NCBI GenBank assembly: GCA_001512905.1
Contig: LFTB01000140.1
Span: forward strand, 1-61,670
Reading direction: 5' to 3'
DNA: 61,670 bases
Source: Clostridia bacterium DTU084
GTDB lineage: Bacteria > Bacillota > DTU084
Below, piece after piece: positions 55,727 to 61,670 of this stretch (positions are counted from its first letter, which is position 1; each line of letters starts with the position of its first letter). Under the pieces are notes generated by a model that worked only from the letters and a program-made list of their open reading frames with translations, did not search any database and was not told the origin of the DNA. The position numbers and the translations under genes were made by a program.

Positions 55727-56641
55727 TTATCCCCTGCAGGCCCGCTGAAAAGAGGCTTTGAGAATTTCCGCTTCTTCTGTCCTCCCGAACAGCTTGTCCG
55801 GCAGCTGAAAATAGGGGGAGATCTCCTGCTCTCCTGGGGTAAGCTGAATGCTTCCCGTCTCCTGCCACTGCAGTCTGCAGTCTGTCAAGTCCCTCAGCAG
55901 CCCCAAAGCTGTTTGATAGCGATGGCTGGGGTTTTTAGCCAACAGCTTCATGACGAGTTCAGCTAAAGCCGGGGGCAAACTGGGATTGAGTTGAACTGGA
56001 CTTTGCGGCTGCTTTGTGGTGTGAACTTGAAGCCAGCCGGCAGGGCCGTCAGCTTTCAGGGGGAGCTGTCCTGTTAACAGCTCATAAAAGATTACTCCCA
56101 AAGAATAATAATCGCTGCGGTAATCGCTTCTGCCCAAACCCAATTTTTCCGGTGCTGCGTACTTGAGGCTTTCCTCTCTTTCAGGGAAAACAAATTCCTT
56201 TTCAAAGCCGATGATTTGCACCTTTGCTGTGCCGGGGTGGATAAAGATGTTCTCAGGCCTCAAATCTCCGTGGATAATCATTTTCTGCTGCAGCTTGTCC
56301 AGGATCTGTGCCAGCTGAATGGCAAGGTCAAAAAAAAGTGGAAGCCCGACCACGCCAATGGTGTATTCCCGCAAGGGAATGAAACCCAGATCTTCCAGGA
56401 CCATGGCCAGGGTCTTGCCGGATCGCTCCAGGCTCACGGGTTTGAATACGCCTTCCACGTCCAGATCCCGAAGCAGTTCGTATTCGTAGATGAGCTTTGA
56501 CACAGCAAAAGCGTTATTCTGCTGTTTAAGAGTTTTGATGAGTACAGGCAGTTCTCCGCATGATGAACAGCCCTTATAAATAATCTGCTGGCCATCTTCC
56601 AGGAGCTTTTCTCTGATCAGATAATTCTGCAGCTCGATCAT
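55727..56641 (-). CDS. Hanks-type Ser/Thr protein-kinase-like domain (degenerate motifs), ending at an in-frame TAA
   Basis: VLIK, HGDLRPEN and AAPE motifs are present. The DFG position reads IGFE, and there is no GxGxxG loop. Confidence 0.75.
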   Translation of the reverse strand: MIELQNYLIREKLLEDGQQIIYKGCSSCGELPVLIKTLKQQNNAFAVSKLIYEYELLRDLDVEGVFKPVSLERSGKTLAMVLEDLGFIPLREYTIGVVGLPLFFDLAIQLAQILDKLQQKMIIHGDLRPENIFIHPGTAKVQIIGFEKEFVFPEREESLKYAAPEKLGLGRSDYRSDYYSLGVIFYELLTGQLPLKADGPAGWLQVHTTKQPQSPVQLNPSLPPALAELVMKLLAKNPSHRYQTALGLLRDLTDCRLQWQETGSIQLTPGEQEISPYFQLPDKLFGRTEEAEILKASFQRACRG

Positions 56642-56743
56642 GGCACTGCCCTCACATCTCAGCTTAACTAATCTAAACAGTCTTTATCTTCAGTATATCA
56701 TTCTTGGCCTCAACAAACAACTAGCAGAAGCCCTTCTTTCCAA

Positions 56744-56766
56744 TAAAAAAACCCCGCGCTGCGGGG
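56744..56766 (-). terminator. Intrinsic terminator after membrane/PII-like cassette B
   Basis: Minus-strand CCCCGC-AGC-GCGGGG followed by TTTTTTTATT. A second hairpin (CGCCTC...GAGGCG) lies just upstream, at about 56781-56799. Confidence 0.7.
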
Positions 56767-56829
56767 TATGTTTCAAACAGCGCCTCCCTGTGAGAGGCGT
56801 TCAAGTATTATTGAATGTAAAACCTGGTT

Positions 56830-57480
56830 TCAATCAACCAAGCCATAGGTTGCCTTGATCTGCTGGACGAACAGGATCCCTTTTCCTGGTTCATCGATTT
56901 TCAGCTTTTCCCTTATGGATTGGACAATGCCGGAGGTGAGCTCTTCTTTCGCCAAAATCATCACTATATCTTTTTCAGGCTCTATGGTCATGGAGAACAA
57001 TTTACTTGTCTCATGAATCCCTGCTCCTCTGGCATTAATGATGGTTCCGCCTTTGGAGCCGGCAGCAACGGCTGCATCAATTACAGCTTCTGCATTGCCC
57101 TTTTCTACGATTGTAAATATAGCATTATACATCCCATTTTCACCTCTCGCTTCAACAGTCTTCTGATCAGCAAGACCTCTAGCACCCAGCAGCTTTGCAA
57201 TGCTGGTTGAAAAGGCAATGCCGTGATTGGGTTTCTCAAACTGAAACTTTTTGTTCAAAGCTTCAAGGATTTGCCTCTCTTGGCTGGTTTCAGTAATCAG
57301 AAGCACGATCTCTTTTCGGACATCATTTAGGGCAAGAAGCTTCAGCCAATAATTGTCTACTGTGCCCTTGCCGAAAAAAATCGTACCGCCCCGGACGCCG
57401 TTGTCTCTGGCAACTTTCAGGACCTTACTCCCCAAACCGTAGTTTACGATCACCCACAGCAGATCATATTCAGGAGCCAT
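56830..57480 (-). CDS. Tandem (two-domain) PII-like signal-transduction protein, cassette B
   Basis: The two halves carry FFGKGTV and INARGAG loops and the PNHGIAF and PGKGILF motifs. The ATG at 57480 comes 1 nt after the upstream TAA. Confidence 0.75.
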   Translation of the reverse strand: MAPEYDLLWVIVNYGLGSKVLKVARDNGVRGGTIFFGKGTVDNYWLKLLALNDVRKEIVLLITETSQERQILEALNKKFQFEKPNHGIAFSTSIAKLLGARGLADQKTVEARGENGMYNAIFTIVEKGNAEAVIDAAVAAGSKGGTIINARGAGIHETSKLFSMTIEPEKDIVMILAKEELTSGIVQSIREKLKIDEPGKGILFVQQIKATYGLVD

Positions 57481-57481
57481 G

Positions 57482-58972
57482 TTACTCTCCACTTGTTTCT
57501 CCGCCTCCTTTGGCAGCTTTCAGCTTGAAGATCAAACCCAATGCCTGCACGGCAATCAAGGGCGTCATAGCTACCGTAGCAATTACTCCAAAGCCGTCGA
57601 TCAGCACGTTGGCACCTTCGATTGCCTGAGCAACACCCTGGGCAAAAGCCAGCACAAATGTTGCTGTCATGGGACCAGAGGCAACACCACCTGAATCAAA
57701 GGCAATGCCGACAAACAAATTGGGTACGTAATACGCCATAGTTATTGAAATGATATATCCTGGAAGTAAATAATACCACAACTGGATGTGGGGAACAAGT
57801 ATTCTAATCATGGACAAGACCACAGCAGCTGCAACTCCAATGGCTAATGTGGTTACGATCACAGGCCTTTTCAGATAACCGCTGGTTACGGTTTCAATTT
57901 GCTCGGTGAGAACATAGACTGCCGGCTCTGCCAAAATGACAGCAAGCCCCAGGATGAAGCCGATGAATATCACAAGCCCACTGCCGTTTAGCACAGCAAG
58001 ATTATAGCCAACTTTCGTTGCTACAGCCATAAATCCGGCATTGACCCCTGTTAAAAACAATGACAACCCAACGAAAGTAAAGAGGAGGCCGATGAGGATT
58101 CTGTTGAACTTTCTGCGGGAAAGTTTGAACGTGGTATGGTTGAAGATGCAAAACAGGACAAGCAGGGGAACCAGAGTCAGCAGAACCTCCACAGCCACCA
58201 CTGGAAGTTCCTTGAGAAATGGTTGTAAGACTGAGGTTGTTTCTGTGAGCACGCTCTCTACACTTCCTGACAGCTCGCCAGCCCGGGCAAAAAAGTTCAT
58301 CACAAGGACACTTAAAATAGCACCTGGGGCGATCAAGCCAACCAAACCGAAACTGTCTTCTCCAGCGGCCTTGCCCGCTTTAAGGGACGACACACCCAGA
58401 GCCAAAGCCAGCATGAAAGGCACTATTATAGCGCCTGTAACGGAAGCTGCACCGTCAAAGGCAATTGCTAAAAATTCAGAGGTGGAAAACAAGCTGAACA
58501 AAAAAACCAAACCGAAAGCTCCAGTTAGAACCCAACGCAGGGGAACGTTTGTAACGATCCGGAGGAGTCCCAAGGCAACCACCAGGGCAACTCCCACAGA
58601 AACCGCCAGCACTATGCCCATTCTAGGGAGAACGCCTCCAGTTACAGCTTCAACTTGCCCGCCAAGAATGTGGAGAACCGGCTCGGCAAAGGAGATCATA
58701 AAACCCAGAACCAAGCCAGATACAATAACGATCCATATTTTGTTGCTCTTGGCAATTGCCTGGCCCATCTGAGCTCCCATGGGACTGATCCCAACATCAG
58801 CACCAACCAGAAAAATCCCAAAACCGACGATGATCAAAGCTGCGCCCAAAAGAAATCTCCCTACTTCCAGTGAAGTCAGAGGAGAAACTGTGAAATGCAG
58901 GATTAAAACGATGACTGTAATCGGGAAAACTGCCATGATCACATCACGAAACTTTTCGGCCAAAATGTTCAA
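57482..58972 (-). CDS. Polytopic membrane protein with internal duplication (DUF1538-like), cassette B
   Basis: 496 aa, co-linear with and clearly paralogous to 35795-37315. Shared strings include FPITV.VL.LHFT, AEP.LHIL.GQV, FDSGGVASGPMTATF. The start is a TTG after AAGGAAG. Confidence 0.75.
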   Translation of the reverse strand: MNILAEKFRDVIMAVFPITVIVLILHFTVSPLTSLEVGRFLLGAALIIVGFGIFLVGADVGISPMGAQMGQAIAKSNKIWIVIVSGLVLGFMISFAEPVLHILGGQVEAVTGGVLPRMGIVLAVSVGVALVVALGLLRIVTNVPLRWVLTGAFGLVFLFSLFSTSEFLAIAFDGAASVTGAIIVPFMLALALGVSSLKAGKAAGEDSFGLVGLIAPGAILSVLVMNFFARAGELSGSVESVLTETTSVLQPFLKELPVVAVEVLLTLVPLLVLFCIFNHTTFKLSRRKFNRILIGLLFTFVGLSLFLTGVNAGFMAVATKVGYNLAVLNGSGLVIFIGFILGLAVILAEPAVYVLTEQIETVTSGYLKRPVIVTTLAIGVAAAVVLSMIRILVPHIQLWYYLLPGYIISITMAYYVPNLFVGIAFDSGGVASGPMTATFVLAFAQGVAQAIEGANVLIDGFGVIATVAMTPLIAVQALGLIFKLKAAKGGGETSGE

Positions 58973-59008
58973 GTATCATCACTTCCTTAGCTGGTACAAT
59001 CCTTACTA

Positions 59009-59023
59009 GTGTTCCTGGAACAC
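59009..59023. promoter_or_regulatory. Perfect 7-1-7 inverted repeat upstream of cassette B (candidate operator)
   Basis: The sequence is GTGTTCC-T-GGAACAC, about 37 nt upstream of the TTG start at 58972. The 1-nt spacer makes an RNA hairpin unlikely. Confidence 0.4.
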
Positions 59024-59280
59024 AAGATGTTTTTTCATCTCCTAAACCATTAGGTTTAGACCGAAATCGTCCTCAAAGGAGCTTTTTCATCACCTCCAGT
59101 ATGCTGATCTTCAAAGAATGAAAAGCAGCCTTACTCAGTTGCAGCCGCTTTTTTAGCACTGTCTTTTCTATTATGCCATAGTTTGATCGATATTGCCAGC
59201 CAAAGCAGTTTTACAAGTGCCTTGCTCGAAAGCTGCTGTCCTTTGGAGGATACTTGCAGTCTTATCCAATATAAAACAAC

Positions 59281-59300
59281 AGGGCTGCCGAGGCAGCCCT
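59281..59300 (-). terminator. Intrinsic terminator after the five-repeat secreted protein gene
   Basis: Minus-strand AGGGCTGCC-TC-GGCAGCCCT (the effective stem is GGGCTG/CAGCCC) followed by GTTGTTTTATATT. Confidence 0.6.
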
Positions 59301-59303
59301 AAG

Positions 59304-60764
59304 TCAGTGAATGGTTATAGGTTTCGAAAGGAGGGAGATCTTCAATTCTATCTTCTCGCCCTGAGGAATGGTAAGCATCCTTTGGTATGTTTGGTATCCT
59401 TCTTTCCTCACCAATAGCATGTAGCGGCCTGGCTCCACGAGGGCAAACTCAAAGCGGCCGTCTTGCCCTGTCTTCGTCTTGTATTCTCCAAATTCGCCGC
59501 TGAGAGTCACCTCTGCCCCTGAGATGGGTACTGTGGGGATGCTGCTGTCATCTCTGATTAGGGAGAATCTCCTCTCTGCCCCATAAACCACTCCTACTAC
59601 CACAGATGGCTCCTGCTTTGCAGGCCTGAGGAGGAAATTCACCTGCAGCTGTTGTCCTGGTTTTAGATCTACAAGCTCTTGCTTGGTGAAGTATTCTGGG
59701 TGTTGTGCTTCAAGCAGATATCGGCCTTGAGGCAGGACTACGTTGTAGTAGCCCCGGCTGTCTGTGATCACAACACGCGCTTTCTCAGCATAATCTTCTA
59801 GGCCGGTTATCTGAATTCTAGCGAAGGCAATAGGATTTCCAGTCTTCATGTCTTTCACTTGGCCGAAAATCCTCGCTTCCCTTGCTGGCAAAGGTTCCAA
59901 TAAAACCCTCAGCTCCAGAGTTTCTCCTGCTTTGAGCTGTACTTTCTCCTGCCAGGGTTTGAAGCCTGCTTTTGTGACGCTCAATAGGCCCCAACCTGCA
60001 GGGATGCCGAAAAATTGAAAAACGCCGAGATCGTCTGTGACCGTTTCCCAGCTGCGCTGATTGTCCATGGTCAGAACCACCCTGGCTCCAGGAACTGGCA
60101 GCCCGATACGGGCATCCAGCCGTCCCCTGCTCTCCACCCGGCCGTGGACGAAGGCAGGCGGAAGGTTTTTTGGAACCAGTTTGAAAGCGAGGGAGATTAT
60201 TTCGCCTGATTTGACTTCAACTTGTTCAACATGTTCTTGGTATTTCATGTGCCTTGCAGTGATCAAATATTGGCCAGGAGGCAGCGATAGCCGCCAATAT
60301 CCTTTAGCGCCTGTAAATGTCCTGGGGGCTCTGAACTCAACGCTTTCCCGCAGGGGCTGGGCTGTCACTTCCACCTGCCAGATGCCCTCTCCAGTTTCAG
60401 CATCCAGGATCTGCCCGATCAAAACACCTGGCTCCGGCGGCAGCGGCTCTAAAATGATTTTAAACTCTTGTTGTCTGCCGGCCTCCACCTCCACCTGCTG
60501 AAGTTTATAACCAGCTTTTCGGACCACAAGCACCCCTAGACCTTTGGGTACAGATTGGAAATGGAAGTAGCCGGCCTCATCGGTTTCTGCTGCAAACCTG
60601 TCTTCGCTGTAGAGCAAAAGCACCTGAGCGCCAGCTACACCCTCTCCAGCCTGATCCAACACCCAGCCGGAAAGCTGTTCTTTTTCGGTGATACCAGCTG
60701 CACTGGCTATCCCAATTGCCAGCATCAGCACACAAAGCACAGACCAGATAAATCTCCTTCGCAT
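59304..60764 (-). CDS. Secreted/anchored protein made of five carboxypeptidase-regulatory-like beta-sandwich repeats
   Basis: The ATG at 60764 (MRRRFIWSVLCVLMLAIGIASA) follows AAGGAGGTG. Five ~85-95-aa repeats each carry a TD..G.F.F..(V/L)P.G motif. The track ORF is over-extended to 60875. Confidence 0.8.
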   Translation of the reverse strand: MRRRFIWSVLCVLMLAIGIASAAGITEKEQLSGWVLDQAGEGVAGAQVLLLYSEDRFAAETDEAGYFHFQSVPKGLGVLVVRKAGYKLQQVEVEAGRQQEFKIILEPLPPEPGVLIGQILDAETGEGIWQVEVTAQPLRESVEFRAPRTFTGAKGYWRLSLPPGQYLITARHMKYQEHVEQVEVKSGEIISLAFKLVPKNLPPAFVHGRVESRGRLDARIGLPVPGARVVLTMDNQRSWETVTDDLGVFQFFGIPAGWGLLSVTKAGFKPWQEKVQLKAGETLELRVLLEPLPAREARIFGQVKDMKTGNPIAFARIQITGLEDYAEKARVVITDSRGYYNVVLPQGRYLLEAQHPEYFTKQELVDLKPGQQLQVNFLLRPAKQEPSVVVGVVYGAERRFSLIRDDSSIPTVPISGAEVTLSGEFGEYKTKTGQDGRFEFALVEPGRYMLLVRKEGYQTYQRMLTIPQGEKIELKISLLSKPITIH

Positions 60765-60785
60765 AACAACACCTCCTTGACTATA

Positions 60786-60794
60786 ATTATACCA
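60786..60794 (-). promoter_or_regulatory. Extended -10 promoter element for the five-repeat protein gene
   Basis: Minus-strand TGGTATAAT lies about 20 nt upstream of the start codon. The -35 is poor. Confidence 0.45.
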
Positions 60795-60864
60795 AATATC
60801 GGAAAAATCATACATATTCTTCTCGAAAAAAGTCTGCCCGGACCTGAAACTCCCATTTAAACCC

Positions 60865-60892
60865 AAAAAGCCCACGGGTAAATTCGCGGGCT
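60865..60892 (-). terminator. Intrinsic terminator after vapC
   Basis: Minus-strand AGCCCGCG-AATTTACC-CGTGGGCT is an 8-bp stem with one G-U pair. It is followed by TTTTGGGT. Confidence 0.6.
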
Positions 60893-60934
60893 TTAGCCAT
60901 TTTTATTAAACTGTAGAGCAAGTTGCCATCCCCA

Positions 60935-61327
60935 TCAGCTAAAATGCTTATCGAAAGCGAAGGCCTCTTTGATTCCCAAACGTTTGCAAATGCTCCAGCT
61001 GGTGCAGTCCGTGAAGGAGATTTTTTGGTCTTGATATTTAATAAAAAGCTTCCAAGATTCCTCAGCTATCCTTTCGTTCACCCATTCCACATGAAGCAAG
61101 TTCAATCTCTGCGCTTCATCAATCACTTCTTTGGCTGCACTGGCAATTTGAAGTCCAGCGTCACAGCGCAGGCGAGTATATGTTTCGTCTAATACATAGT
61201 CGCTTGTCACAAGGGGCATCTGCTGCAGGCTAAGCTTCTGATAATATGCTTTAGCAGTTTTGTGGCAGCGGTCGTTTTGAATAATCAGCGCTAGCCAGCC
61301 ACTTGTATCAACGAAAACAGCCCTCAC
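60935..61327 (-). CDS. vapC: PIN-domain toxin (VapC-like)
   Basis: 130 aa with the four conserved acidic positions (FVDTS, LDET, FTDC, FDKHF). Its GTG start overlaps the antitoxin stop (GTGA). Confidence 0.85.
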   Translation of the reverse strand: MRAVFVDTSGWLALIIQNDRCHKTAKAYYQKLSLQQMPLVTSDYVLDETYTRLRCDAGLQIASAAKEVIDEAQRLNLLHVEWVNERIAEESWKLFIKYQDQKISFTDCTSWSICKRLGIKEAFAFDKHFS

Positions 61328-61584
61328 CTATCTTCCTCCCTGTACAAATATTCATCATGGTTTTCGGCAATGTCTGTATGTGCAGCTCTGCCTAAACCCA
61401 CTAATTTGGCAAGGGGATCTGCACCTTTTGACCTATCCTTTTCCCTCGCTAAATAATCATCCAAAGCCTTTCGGATCAAGCTTGCCTCACTCACCCCTTT
61501 CATCACGGACAAAGCTTTTAGGGCTTCATCCTGTTCCGGGGTTAAATAGATTTGCTTGCGGACTTTCTTCTCCACAGACATCAC
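61324..61584 (-). CDS. vapB: Ribbon-helix-helix (CopG/VapB-like) antitoxin
   Basis: 86 aa. The segment KQIYLTPEQDEALKALSVMKGVSEASLIRKALDDYL is a typical RHH. The exact start is uncertain (61584, 61581 or 61575). Confidence 0.8.
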   Translation of the reverse strand: MMSVEKKVRKQIYLTPEQDEALKALSVMKGVSEASLIRKALDDYLAREKDRSKGADPLAKLVGLGRAAHTDIAENHDEYLYREEDR

Positions 61585-61670
61585 CTATCTCAATCTTTTG
61601 TAGTATGCTCCCTAGATCTACGTTTTTCATAGACTTTCATAGTGCGCATACTCCTTCTTAGCGTATATAA

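Larger units (their letters stand above)
52082..56641 (-). pseudogene. Composite kinase-like / P-loop STAND / GAF / LuxR gene interrupted by a single in-frame TAA at 55727-55729
   Basis: Reading through the TAA gives ...FQRACRG*GGFILLSGSAGIGKTKLASDVLKPCAMEKGYW... This is in frame with both ORFs, and the Walker A GSAGIGKT lies in the gap between them. Confidence 0.6.

Noticed and set aside
55727-55729. The in-frame TAA as programmed recoding (Sec, Pyl or a reassigned stop).
   Set aside because: Sec uses TGA and Pyl uses TAG. TAA is used as a genuine stop by many genes in this same window, such as ecfA2 and rplC, so reassignment is not supported. A nonsense mutation or a base-call error is more parsimonious.

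Overview
This is a Firmicutes/Bacillota-type chromosomal window, about 50% GC by eye. Almost every gene is on the minus strand.

Positions 1-29.0 kb are the core translation/transcription cluster, read right to left: rpoB-rpoC, an L7Ae-like gene, rpsL-rpsG-fusA-tuf, the S10/spc/alpha ribosomal operons (rpsJ through rplQ), then ecfA1-ecfA2-ecfT. Many ORF-track starts here are over-extended. I re-set them to TTG/GTG/ATG codons that have a Shine-Dalgarno sequence, and I found rpmJ, which is absent from the track.

Positions 29-61.7 kb are accessory:
- a thioesterase and an ABC exporter
- a GH38 alpha-mannosidase
- two paralogous cassettes, each pairing an internally duplicated polytopic membrane protein with a tandem PII-like protein
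- an AT-rich, gene-poor island carrying two tail-anchored coiled-coil paralogues
- a five-gene esterase / acetate-kinase-like / class II aldolase / PfkB kinase / FAD-protein operon
- cwlD
- a protein made of five beta-sandwich repeats
- a vapBC pair

The most interesting region is 47.6-51.9 kb. It is a terminator-bounded four-gene locus: a small secreted subunit, a chaperone-sized two-domain secreted protein, a second subunit that is frameshifted, and an ~830-aa secreted protein with a Trp-rich core. The layout mimics a chaperone-usher pilus operon, but I recognise no known pilin, sortase or type IV signature in it. Directly upstream is a ~1500-aa pseudokinase-STAND-GAF-LuxR regulator split by one in-frame TAA.

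I saw no rRNA, tRNA, CRISPR array, transposase or integrase. All calls rest on motif recognition by eye. No database search or structure prediction was possible.
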